Assembly: GCA_964565215.1 (NCBI GenBank)
Contig: CAZMCO010000001.1
Coordinates: forward strand, 2,025-66,024
Length of the DNA: 64,000 bases
Direction: 5' to 3'
Source of the DNA: an uncultured Candidatus Saccharibacteria bacterium
Lineage (GTDB): Bacteria > Patescibacteriota > Minisyncoccia > Portnoybacterales > UBA2143
Shown here: positions 55,673 to 64,000 of the stretch, one piece after another
Layout of the letters: every line of letters starts with the position of its first letter
Position numbering within the stretch: position 1 is the first letter of the stretch
Notes under the pieces: generated by a model
Databases searched by the model: none
The model's input: the letters and a program-made list of their open reading frames with translations, nothing else
Told to the model about the DNA's origin: nothing
Made by a program: the position numbers and the translations under genes

Positions 55673-56431
55673 TTATTTAATTCGACAAATTGCTCGTTGT
55701 TTTTTTAATTTATTAAAATAATAAGAAACAAGAAAAGCTACGGCAATTAAGAGAAAAACAATCATTAAGAGAAAAGTTATTTTTTGATAAGAAGTTACTT
55801 GATCAAAAAGAGTGATGGTAAGGTAATTATAACAACTATGGAAAATAATAGCAATAGCCAGGCCAGTCAAAATTAATTTTTTTCTTTGTTTAATATGAAG
55901 CAGTCCCAAAGCCAGCCAATAGCCGACAATTCCAGAAGCTAAAGCGTGAACTAAGGTTGCTCCGAGAAAACGAAGGCCAATAGTAGTCAGAGCTTCCGGG
56001 AAAGAGGGAAAGGGAATTTTAAAAAGAATGAGTAGGTTTTCTATAGAAGCAAAGCCCAGACCAGCTATAATACAGTATAACATAGCGTCAACTGGTTCGT
56101 CAAATTCTGAGTTTTTAAGGACCCTAAATTTGACTACAGAATATTTTAAATATTCTTCAACTAAAGCAGGAATTAAAGTAGCCGCTAAAATAATTCTAAA
56201 AAAGCTATCTTGAGATGCTTGGGAAAGAAGTGATGAAAAATTAAAGTTAGGATTAAAAAGCCAAATTAGTAACAATTCCAATACAATAGCTAAGGGGGCT
56301 AAAAGCATTCCCCAAATAAAGATTCTTAAAACCATAGAGTTGGGTTCAGGATGTTTGTCTTTTCTTAAATAAAAAGTCAACCAGACAAAACTAGGCAAGA
56401 GACCGAGAAGAATGTAGAAAGGGTAATGCAT
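55673..56431 (-). CDS. PrsW/CPBP-type intramembrane metalloprotease
   Basis: EEYLK (EExxK), F...H and HSCYN (HxxxN) motifs in TM helices. Confidence 0.6.
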   Translation of the reverse strand: MHYPFYILLGLLPSFVWLTFYLRKDKHPEPNSMVLRIFIWGMLLAPLAIVLELLLIWLFNPNFNFSSLLSQASQDSFFRIILAATLIPALVEEYLKYSVVKFRVLKNSEFDEPVDAMLYCIIAGLGFASIENLLILFKIPFPSFPEALTTIGLRFLGATLVHALASGIVGYWLALGLLHIKQRKKLILTGLAIAIIFHSCYNYLTITLFDQVTSYQKITFLLMIVFLLIAVAFLVSYYFNKLKKQRAICRIK

Positions 56432-56434
56432 ATT

Positions 56435-58486
56435 TTACTTGGGCCATTCCTCAACCATTAAAAACTCTTTTTCCTTAAAGGGCAAGTTTTGATAAATTGA
56501 TTCAGTGACAAAAGGTAGAAAAGGATGGAGCAGTTTTAAAGAATTTAGGAGAACATAAGCTAAGACCTGCTTGCTTTGGTGAGTATCTTGTTTTTTAGAT
56601 GTTTCAATATATTTATCACAGAAATCATGCCAGAAAAAATCATAGAGTAAATGAGCCGCTTGACCAAAACGAAACTTTTCTAAATCAGTAGTTACTTTTT
56701 GGCTAGTCGTTTTTAATTGCTTAAGAATAGCTTTATCAACTTTAGTAAGTTTTTTTGGTAATTTAGTCATTGGGAATTTAGAAATTCCGATTTGCCTTAA
56801 GACAAATCGGCTGGCATTCCAAATTTTATTAGCGAATTTTTTACCCATAAGGATGTTTTCTTCAGAAAAGTGAATATCTTGGTTACTTAAGGCCTGATAA
56901 ATTAAGCCAAAACGAGTAGCATCAGCCCCGTATTGATTAACTAAATCTAAGGGGTCGCGACCAGTCCCTAGGGATTTACTCATTCGTTTGCCTTCTTTGG
57001 TTAAGATAGTCGCATGAATAACTACATCTTTAAAAGGTATTTTTTTAACTAGCTCTGAGCCAGAAAAAATCATTCGGGCCACCCAGAGATTAATAATGTC
57101 GCGGGCTGTCACCAGAGTATCAGTCGGGTAAAACCTTTGGAAATCTTTTGTTTTTTTAGGCCAGCCCAAAGTAGCCAAAGGCCATAAAGCCGAGGAAAAC
57201 CAAGTGTCTAAAACATCAGTTTCGTCTTTCAAGGGAATTTGATGACCCCACCAAATCTGTCGAGAGATACACCAATCCTTAATATTTTTTAGCCAGTCAA
57301 AATATACTTTTTCCCAGCGCTTAGGATGAAATTTAATTTGATCGTTTTTAACTGCCTTAATAGCTTGAGCGGCTAATTTGTCCATCTTAAGGAACCATTG
57401 CTGACTAAGAAGCGGTTCAATCATACTATGACAGCGATAGCAACGAGGAACCTGATGAGAATAATCTTCAATTTTTTCTAAGAGATTTTGGCTTTTTAAT
57501 TCTTCCACGACCTTTTGTCGAGCATCTGAAACAGTTAAACTGGCAAATTTTTGTCCAGCTTGTTTAGTCATCCGACCTTTATCGCTAATAACTTGGATAG
57601 AAGGCAGATTATGTCTTTGACCAATTTCGGCATCAACTGGTGAATGAGCTGGCGTAACTTTAACTGCTCCGGTGCCAAATTTTGGCTCAACTATTTTATC
57701 AGCCACAATGGGAATTTGGCGATTAACCAAAGGTAGAATTACTTCTTGACCAATTAAGTTTTTATATCTTTTATCTTGAGGATGAACAGCGACCGCTGTG
57801 TCGCCCAACATAGTTTCTGGCCTGGTGGTGGCGACAATAATATATTTTTTTTCTTCAGCCAACGGATACTTTATGTACCAAAGGTGAGTTTTCTCTTCCT
57901 GGTACTCTAATTCCAAGTCGGATAAACTGGTCTGACAGCGAGGACACCAATTAATCATTCTTTTCCCTTGATAAATCCAACCCTTTTTGTGGTAATACAA
58001 GAAAGCTGTCTTAACTGCTTCTTGATAGTCCTTATCCATAGTGAAAGAAGTCCGGCTCCAATCACAGGAACAGCCCAGTTTTTTCAATTGCTCTAAAATT
58101 AAATAACCATATTTTTTTTGCCAGTCCCAGACCCTTTTTAGAAATTTTTCTCGACCTAAATCATAACGAGTCAGCCCCTCTTTTTTTAGTTCTTTTTCAA
58201 CAACATTTTGGGTGGCAATACCAGCGTGGTCAGTACCAGGCAGCCATAAGGCCTGATAGCCCTGCATTCTTTTCCAGCGGATTAGAATATCCTGAATAAA
58301 AGCATTAAGAGCGTGTCCCATATGAAGTTCGCCAGTAACATTGGGCGGCGGGATGACAATACTGTATTTCTTAGCAGTTTTCTTAACTGGCAATTTATCC
58401 GGATTAAAATAACCCGATTTTTCCCAGACACGGTAAATTTTTTCTTCATTTTCTTTAGGATTATATGATTTAGGTAATTCTTCCAT
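56435..58486 (-). CDS. valS: valyl-tRNA synthetase (compact, 683 aa)
   Basis: PPPNVTGELHMGHA, WLPGTDHAGIATQ and KRMSKSLG motifs. The C-terminal coiled-coil is absent. Confidence 0.85.
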   Translation of the reverse strand: MEELPKSYNPKENEEKIYRVWEKSGYFNPDKLPVKKTAKKYSIVIPPPNVTGELHMGHALNAFIQDILIRWKRMQGYQALWLPGTDHAGIATQNVVEKELKKEGLTRYDLGREKFLKRVWDWQKKYGYLILEQLKKLGCSCDWSRTSFTMDKDYQEAVKTAFLYYHKKGWIYQGKRMINWCPRCQTSLSDLELEYQEEKTHLWYIKYPLAEEKKYIIVATTRPETMLGDTAVAVHPQDKRYKNLIGQEVILPLVNRQIPIVADKIVEPKFGTGAVKVTPAHSPVDAEIGQRHNLPSIQVISDKGRMTKQAGQKFASLTVSDARQKVVEELKSQNLLEKIEDYSHQVPRCYRCHSMIEPLLSQQWFLKMDKLAAQAIKAVKNDQIKFHPKRWEKVYFDWLKNIKDWCISRQIWWGHQIPLKDETDVLDTWFSSALWPLATLGWPKKTKDFQRFYPTDTLVTARDIINLWVARMIFSGSELVKKIPFKDVVIHATILTKEGKRMSKSLGTGRDPLDLVNQYGADATRFGLIYQALSNQDIHFSEENILMGKKFANKIWNASRFVLRQIGISKFPMTKLPKKLTKVDKAILKQLKTTSQKVTTDLEKFRFGQAAHLLYDFFWHDFCDKYIETSKKQDTHQSKQVLAYVLLNSLKLLHPFLPFVTESIYQNLPFKEKEFLMVEEWPK

Positions 58487-58490
58487 TAAT

Positions 58491-59321
58491 TTAATTAAGA
58501 AGTTTATTTATATATAAATGAACGCATTCTTCTAAAACTTCTTCTATTTTTCTTACTTTAAAGCCGGTTTTTTCTAATTTTTTAGTAGATAAAATTAAGT
58601 TGGTTCTAGTTAATCCTAATTTTTTCTGGTCTATAATTTTATAATCAAAATCAGGAACATATTTTTTATAGACGCTTAGAAGCACTGGATATCTTAATCC
58701 GTTTTTGTTAACAATGTTATATGTTCCTTTGGCGTTGATTTTTATTAGATATTTTAATGCTTTTATAAAATCAGGAATATAGGTAATGGAATTAGGAATA
58801 TCAATAACTGCTTTGTATTTGATAAGTTTATTGAGAAGATTTTTGGGATGGGGCTGATTATCTAAGGGAATTCTGATTTTGGCAATTAAAACATTAGATT
58901 TAGTAGGGAAATTTTCTAAAGCTTTTTCAGAATAGATTTTAGTCCGGCTATAGAATAAATCAAAAAAATCAGCTGCTTTTCCTTCTTTTATGGGTCTGTC
59001 TTGAGAATAATTAAAATGATAAATACAACCGCTACTGATATGAATTAGTTTAATTTTGTTTCTAAAGGCAGTTTCAGCTAATATGATTGGCACAAAACTA
59101 TTGGCAAAAATGGTTTTGTCTTTATCTAATTCACAATCATCCACATTACTTTTTCCAGTAGAGCCAATACAATTTATTATAATTTTGGGCTTATGCTTTT
59201 TTATTTCTTGGTCTGCATCCTTTAGGGAGAGTATTTTTTTATTAGAGATGTTACAATGAAAAGCATTTTGTAGCCGTTGGCCAATAAATCCTTTGCCAAA
59301 AATAAGAATTTTGCTTATCAT
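58491..59321 (-). CDS. SDR-family NAD(P)-dependent epimerase/reductase (RfbD-like)
   Basis: N-terminal GxxGxxG (FGKGFIGQ) and 276 aa. Confidence 0.55.
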   Translation of the reverse strand: MISKILIFGKGFIGQRLQNAFHCNISNKKILSLKDADQEIKKHKPKIIINCIGSTGKSNVDDCELDKDKTIFANSFVPIILAETAFRNKIKLIHISSGCIYHFNYSQDRPIKEGKAADFFDLFYSRTKIYSEKALENFPTKSNVLIAKIRIPLDNQPHPKNLLNKLIKYKAVIDIPNSITYIPDFIKALKYLIKINAKGTYNIVNKNGLRYPVLLSVYKKYVPDFDYKIIDQKKLGLTRTNLILSTKKLEKTGFKVRKIEEVLEECVHLYINKLLN

Positions 59322-59351
59322 ATTATTATATTTATAACAAAAATTATTGCT

Positions 59352-60356
59352 TTAGGCAACTAATCTTAAGTTGGCCTCAGCTTCAATTTTAGACCAACTT
59401 TGTTTTGAAATTGGCTTTTTTTGATAAAAAGCCGCAGCGGCAATCATAGCTGCGTTGTCAGTACAAAGTTTTGGCTCAGGAATATAGAATTTAGAATTAG
59501 GCAATTCTTTTTTAATTACTTGAGTCATTTGCTGACGCAGTTCCTGATTAGCGGCCACTCCGCCAGAAAGCATCACGGTTTTCACTTTATATTCTTTAGC
59601 TGCTTTAATAGTTTTACTAATTAAAACATCAATGACTGCCTGCTGAAATGAAGCGGACATATCATTAACATTGGGTTTTCCTTTTTTAACTTTATAAAGC
59701 ACGGCTGTTTTTAAACCAGAAAAAGAAAAATCAAAATCTTTAGAATTAATCATTGGCCGAGGTAAATCAAAAGATTGTGGATCGCCTTTTTGAGCTTTTT
59801 GAGAAATAATTGGTCCGCCCGGATAACCGAGATTCAATAATTTAGCCACTTTATCAAAGGCCTCACCAGCTGCATCATCTCGCGTTTCTCCCAATAATTT
59901 ATATTTCCCATGACCTTTCATCAAAATTAATTGCGTATGTCCGCCAGAAACAACTAAACAGATAGCTGGAAAATCTATCTTGGGATTAATCAACCAGTTA
60001 GCATAGATATGTCCCTCAAGATGGTTAATCTCCACAATCGGTTTTTGCCAAGCATAAGCCAAGGCCTCGGCAAAATTAATTCCCACTAAAAGAGAAGGAA
60101 TTAAACCTGGTTTAATAGTCACGGCGATTAAATCAATTTTCGGATTGCCGGCCAGCTTTAATGCTTTTTCTAAACAAGGTTTAATATTTTCTAAATGGGC
60201 TCGGGCGGCTAAATTAGGCACTATTCCGCCATAAGGCGCATGAATTTTTATTTGCGAGGAAACAACATTGGATAAAATTTTAAGACCTTTTGAGTTTTTC
60301 TCAATTAAGGCAATGCCTGTATCATCGCAAGATGTCTCAATACTTAAGATAATCAT
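59352..60356 (-). CDS. tsaD: tRNA N6-adenosine threonylcarbamoyltransferase TsaD (Kae1/Gcp)
   Basis: IETSCDDT N-terminus and an ASKH-fold metal-binding His pair. Confidence 0.9.
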   Translation of the reverse strand: MIILSIETSCDDTGIALIEKNSKGLKILSNVVSSQIKIHAPYGGIVPNLAARAHLENIKPCLEKALKLAGNPKIDLIAVTIKPGLIPSLLVGINFAEALAYAWQKPIVEINHLEGHIYANWLINPKIDFPAICLVVSGGHTQLILMKGHGKYKLLGETRDDAAGEAFDKVAKLLNLGYPGGPIISQKAQKGDPQSFDLPRPMINSKDFDFSFSGLKTAVLYKVKKGKPNVNDMSASFQQAVIDVLISKTIKAAKEYKVKTVMLSGGVAANQELRQQMTQVIKKELPNSKFYIPEPKLCTDNAAMIAAAAFYQKKPISKQSWSKIEAEANLRLVA

Positions 60357-60397
60357 ACTTTACAAATCATAACTTAAGCTGTACCATAAGACAAGCT

Positions 60398-60472
60398 GGC
60401 CCCGTCGTCTAGTGGTTAGGACGTCAGATTTTCAATCTGATAACAGGAGTTCGATTCTCCTCGGGGCTACCA
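60398..60472 (+). tRNA. tRNA-Glu (anticodon TTC), CCA encoded
   Basis: Manual fold: GTCGTCTAGTGG D-arm typical of Glu, anticodon arm TCAGA-TTTTCAA-TCTGA, and a G1:U72 pair. Confidence 0.75.
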
Positions 60473-60476
60473 AGTT

Positions 60477-62051
60477 ATGCTTCCCAAGGAAAAATATTAT
60501 TTAAAGCTGGGTAAGGCGACTGATTTAAAAAGCCCGAAAGAGAGATGGCTCTATCGGGCTTTTGAGATTTTACCCGGTGCTTTGGCTTGGTTAACGCTTT
60601 TAAGTATTATTTTTCTATCTTGGCTCAAGCCAATTTGGATAGCCCTTTTTATTATTGGTTTTGATGTCTATTGGCTGCTTAAGACCATTTATTTTTCCTT
60701 TCATTTAAGAGCTGGTTACAATCAAATGAAAAAACAAATGGCTATTGACTGGCTGGAAAAACTAAAATCGCTGACTAATCAAGATTGGCAGAAAATTCAT
60801 CATTTGATTATCTTACCTATGTATCAAGAATCTTTGACTGTGATTAAATCAACTTTACAGGCAATTGTTAATTCTACTTATCCCAAGAATAAAATGATTG
60901 TTGTTTTGGCTACTGAAGAACGAGCTGGCCAAGCAGCTCAAAAAACAGCTCAAACTATTAAAAAAGAATTCGGTCAATATTTTTACAAGTTCCTGATTAC
61001 GGTTCATCCTCAGGACATTGTTGGAGAACTGGCTGGCAAGGGCGCTAATTCTACTTGGGCAGCCAGACAGGTCAAAAAAGAAATTATTGATCCTCTCAAA
61101 ATTCCCTATCAAGATATTATTGTTTCCTGTTTTGATATTGATACCCAAGTTTATCCTCAATATTTTTCCTGTTTAGCTTATTATTATTTAACTACTGAAG
61201 AACCAACCAAGACCAGCTATCAACCGATTCCTATTTATAATAATAATATTTGGCAGGCCCCTTGTCTTTCCCGAGTAGTAGCTAGTTCGGGAACTTTTTG
61301 GCAAATGATGCAGCAACAGAGGCCCGAACGGCTTTCCACTTTTTCATCTCAATCAATTAGTTTCCAGGCATTATTTGAAGTGGATTTTTGGCCAACTAAT
61401 ATGGTTTCCGAGGACTCCCGTATTTTCTGGCAGAATTTACTTTTTTACAATGGTCATTACCGGACCATCCCTCTTCATTACCCGGTTTCTATGGATGCTA
61501 ATTTAGCCCCGACTTTTTTTAAGACAGCTCTTAATATTTACAAACAGCAGAGACGCTGGGGCTGGGGAGTAGAAAATATCCCCTTTTTATTTTTTGGTTT
61601 TTGGAAGAATAGAAAGATTCCTTGGTCAAAGAAATTTCATTGGATTTGGATTCAGTTAGAGGGTTTTTGGTCCTGGGCAACTAATGCCCTGCTTATTTTT
61701 CTTCTTGGCTGGTTGCCTTTATTTTTAGGCGGTCAGAAGTTTAATGTCACTCTTTTATCCTATAATCTACCCCGTGTCACCCGGACTTTAATGACTTTAG
61801 CCATGATCGGTTTAGTTGGTTCAGCTATTTATAGTACTTTACTTTTGCCGCGATGGCCTAAAGAATATAGTTTGATTAGAGTGCCTTTGAAATATTTAGG
61901 AGTAATTATTCAGTGGATTTTACTGCCTTTTACTATTCTTATTTTCGGCTGTTTGCCTGGTTTAGACAGTCAGACCAGATTAATGCTGGGTAAGTATATG
62001 GGTTTTTGGGTTACTCCTAAAAAGGGTATGCATTTTAAGGACGCGCCTTAA
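60477..62051 (+). CDS. processive family-2 glycosyltransferase (cellulose/chitin-synthase-like) with TM domains
   Basis: D..D, DID, ED and QQRRW (QxxRW) motifs with N- and C-terminal TM bundles. Confidence 0.6.
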   Translation: MLPKEKYYLKLGKATDLKSPKERWLYRAFEILPGALAWLTLLSIIFLSWLKPIWIALFIIGFDVYWLLKTIYFSFHLRAGYNQMKKQMAIDWLEKLKSLTNQDWQKIHHLIILPMYQESLTVIKSTLQAIVNSTYPKNKMIVVLATEERAGQAAQKTAQTIKKEFGQYFYKFLITVHPQDIVGELAGKGANSTWAARQVKKEIIDPLKIPYQDIIVSCFDIDTQVYPQYFSCLAYYYLTTEEPTKTSYQPIPIYNNNIWQAPCLSRVVASSGTFWQMMQQQRPERLSTFSSQSISFQALFEVDFWPTNMVSEDSRIFWQNLLFYNGHYRTIPLHYPVSMDANLAPTFFKTALNIYKQQRRWGWGVENIPFLFFGFWKNRKIPWSKKFHWIWIQLEGFWSWATNALLIFLLGWLPLFLGGQKFNVTLLSYNLPRVTRTLMTLAMIGLVGSAIYSTLLLPRWPKEYSLIRVPLKYLGVIIQWILLPFTILIFGCLPGLDSQTRLMLGKYMGFWVTPKKGMHFKDAP

Positions 62052-62170
62052 ATGTAGAACCTTTTTAAAGAAAAAAGCCGAGAATAGAAAGATTATTAGA
62101 TCTATTCCCGGCTAATGGCAGGACACAGCAAGTTTTATTGCTGTTATCTCCTTGCCTAATGAGCGAGCTC

Positions 62171-62548
62171 TTAAGAAACGGCGCCCACTCGACCATTAGA
62201 CAAAAAAGTTTTACAAAGAACGCAATTCTTGGCCCAAGGAATTGCTGCCAAGCGTCCTAAAGGGATTTGTTCTCCGCAGTTTAGACAAACTCCATAAGTG
62301 CCTTGGTTTACTCTTTCTATGGCTTCGTTGAGATTCCAGATACATTTTCTAAGATTTTCCAATCTGTTGCCATTGACACTTAGAGTTATAGACTCAGCTA
62401 TATGACTTTTGGTACTTTCGCGATTATTCGTGCTAATTTCTTCCCTGAACGATTTTTGTGTTCTAAGAAGTTTTCCCTCAAATTCTTCTCTTTGCTGTCT
62501 TAACATCTTTCTTATTCTTTCTTTTGTCTGTTCATTCATTTTCTGCAT
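62171..62548 (-). CDS. DksA/TraR-family C4 zinc-finger protein
   Basis: C-terminal CLNCGEQI...NCVLC zinc finger and a coiled-coil N-terminus. Confidence 0.55.
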   Translation of the reverse strand: MQKMNEQTKERIRKMLRQQREEFEGKLLRTQKSFREEISTNNRESTKSHIAESITLSVNGNRLENLRKCIWNLNEAIERVNQGTYGVCLNCGEQIPLGRLAAIPWAKNCVLCKTFLSNGRVGAVS

Positions 62549-62617
62549 TTACGCCTCCTATTTTAAATTGTTAATCTTCTAATATAAGTTTAGCTCAATA
62601 AATCGCTTTTGTCAAGG

Positions 62618-64000
62618 TTATTCCAAGTGGATATTTTTTTGGAATTGTTTAAGTTTTTCTTTCAAAGTTGAATTAATAAGATTATTTTCTAAAGTTTTTT
62701 GAGCTGCTTGGCGGCTTTTTTGAATTAGAGTTAGATTATTTAAAGAAGCCATGGTTAAATCAGGCAGTCCCCATTGACGAATGCCGCTAAAATTACCTGG
62801 CCCGCGAATCTTAAGGTCTTTTTCAGCTAATTTAAAACCATCGTCAGTTGTTAAAACCGCTTTTAATCTTTGATGGGTTTTTTTAGCTGGGGAGTCGGTA
62901 AAAAGGAAGCAATAGGACTGTTCTTTGCCTCGGCCAATCCGGCCGCGAAATTGATGAAGCTGGGCTAAGCCAAATCGGTCGGCTCCTTCAATCATCATGA
63001 CGGTAGCTGTCGGCACATCAATACCTACTTCGACCACCGAAGTAGAAACTAAAATATCTATTTTTCCTTCTTTAAATTTTTTCATAATTTCTTCTTTTTC
63101 TTTTGGCTTGAGCTTACCATGAAGCATAGCAATTTTTAATTGAGGAAAAACTTTTTCAGATAATTTTTCGTATTCCTGGTTAACTGATTTGACAGATAAC
63201 TTATCCGATTCATCAATCAGCGGGCAAATAACAAAAACCTGCTTTTTTTGTTTGACTTGTTTTTTAATGAAATCATAGGTCTTTTGCCGGCCAATCGGGG
63301 CAACAATTTTAGTGATAATTTTTTGCCGGCCTTTGGGCATTTCTTTAAGTAAGGAAATATCAAGATCGCCGTAAATGGTTAAAGCCAAGGTGCGGGGAAT
63401 GGGCGTGGCCGTCATAGAGAGTAAATGGGGGATAGTTTTTTCCTGAAGAGCCGCTCGCTGGGCCACTCCAAAACGATGCTGTTCATCAACAATAGCCAAG
63501 GCCAGATTGTCAAATTTAACATTTTTTTGAATTAAAGCATGTGTGCCAATAATTATATCTATTTTTTTATCAATCTTTAGTTTATTACTGCTGGTCAATA
63601 AGCCAACTTTTATTTTTTCTTTTTCTAAAAAATTTTTAAATGTTTCAAAATGCTGTTTGGCTAAGACCTCGGTTGGGACCATCAAAGCGACTTGATAACC
63701 AGCCTTAGCTACTGCCAGACCAGCCATCATGGCGACAACTGTTTTACCTGAACCAACATCACCATCAAGCAAACGGTTCATCGGTCTATCTTTAACTAAA
63801 TCCTGAAAAATCTGCCAAGCGGCTTTTCGTTGGTCGTCGGTTAATTTAAAAGGCAGGCCTTTGACAAAGGATTTGATTAGTTCTGTCTCAAAGGGGATAA
63901 TTGGCGCTTTTTCTTGGTTTAATTTTTGTTTTTGTTTGAGAGTAGTTAAATGAATTAAAAAAAGTTCGTCAAACCCCAAACGATAACGAGCTGCTTCAGC
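62618..64000 (-). CDS. recG: ATP-dependent DNA helicase RecG, C-terminal two-thirds (5' end beyond window)
   Basis: GDVGSGKT, DEQHRFGV and QLHQFRGRIGRG helicase motifs. The frame stays open past 63979 to the window edge. Confidence 0.85.
   Translation of the reverse strand, partial: AEAARYRLGFDELFLIHLTTLKQKQKLNQEKAPIIPFETELIKSFVKGLPFKLTDDQRKAAWQIFQDLVKDRPMNRLLDGDVGSGKTVVAMMAGLAVAKAGYQVALMVPTEVLAKQHFETFKNFLEKEKIKVGLLTSSNKLKIDKKIDIIIGTHALIQKNVKFDNLALAIVDEQHRFGVAQRAALQEKTIPHLLSMTATPIPRTLALTIYGDLDISLLKEMPKGRQKIITKIVAPIGRQKTYDFIKKQVKQKKQVFVICPLIDESDKLSVKSVNQEYEKLSEKVFPQLKIAMLHGKLKPKEKEEIMKKFKEGKIDILVSTSVVEVGIDVPTATVMMIEGADRFGLAQLHQFRGRIGRGKEQSYCFLFTDSPAKKTHQRLKAVLTTDDGFKLAEKDLKIRGPGNFSGIRQWGLPDLTMASLNNLTLIQKSRQAAQKTLENNLINSTLKEKLKQFQKNIHLE

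Noticed and set aside
56435-58486. Alternative identity (IleRS/LeuRS) for the 683-aa class I synthetase
   Set aside because: PPPNVTG-LHMGHA and WLPGTDHAGIATQ are ValRS-specific strings. leuS is already present in the window.

Overview
This reads as a low-GC (~35%), gene-dense bacterial chromosome segment. I found no rRNA, CRISPR array, transposase or integrase. The style looks like a reduced-genome Patescibacteria/CPR-type organism: compact aminoacyl-tRNA synthetases and IF-2, tight or overlapping gene junctions, ComEC/DprA, and TrbC/VirB2-like pilins. That taxonomic placement is my inference, not something the sequence states.

Most of the window is housekeeping. It carries leuS, hisS and valS, the metG 3' end, parAB, rel, topA, dprA, pth, lepB, ftsA/ftsZ, a class II B12-dependent RNR next to a corrinoid adenosyltransferase, a comEC that appears split in two, ndk, infB/rbfA, ftsH, gyrA, tsaC/tsaD and a partial recG. 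I read 16 tRNA genes directly from the sequence. They include four Leu isoacceptors and an apparent tRNA-Ile(UAU).

The most interesting accessory region is a roughly 3.3 kb island (34.9-38.2 kb) beside tRNA-Ser/tRNA-Val. It carries a divergently transcribed DUF4238-like 330-aa protein, a beta-class DNA methyltransferase with an unusual N-terminal extension, and a convergent PD-(D/E)xK nuclease candidate whose stop codon overlaps the methyltransferase's. Other items worth a second look:
- three tandem TrbC/VirB2-like pilin paralogs (49.6-50.7 kb)
- an SPFH/band-7 gene with a small membrane partner
- a promoter-proximal structured RNA candidate with an 18-bp G-U-compensated stem (11.8-11.95 kb)
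- an inverted/tandem-repeat element inside the tRNA cluster
- a ComEC split at an A5-C-A6 tract
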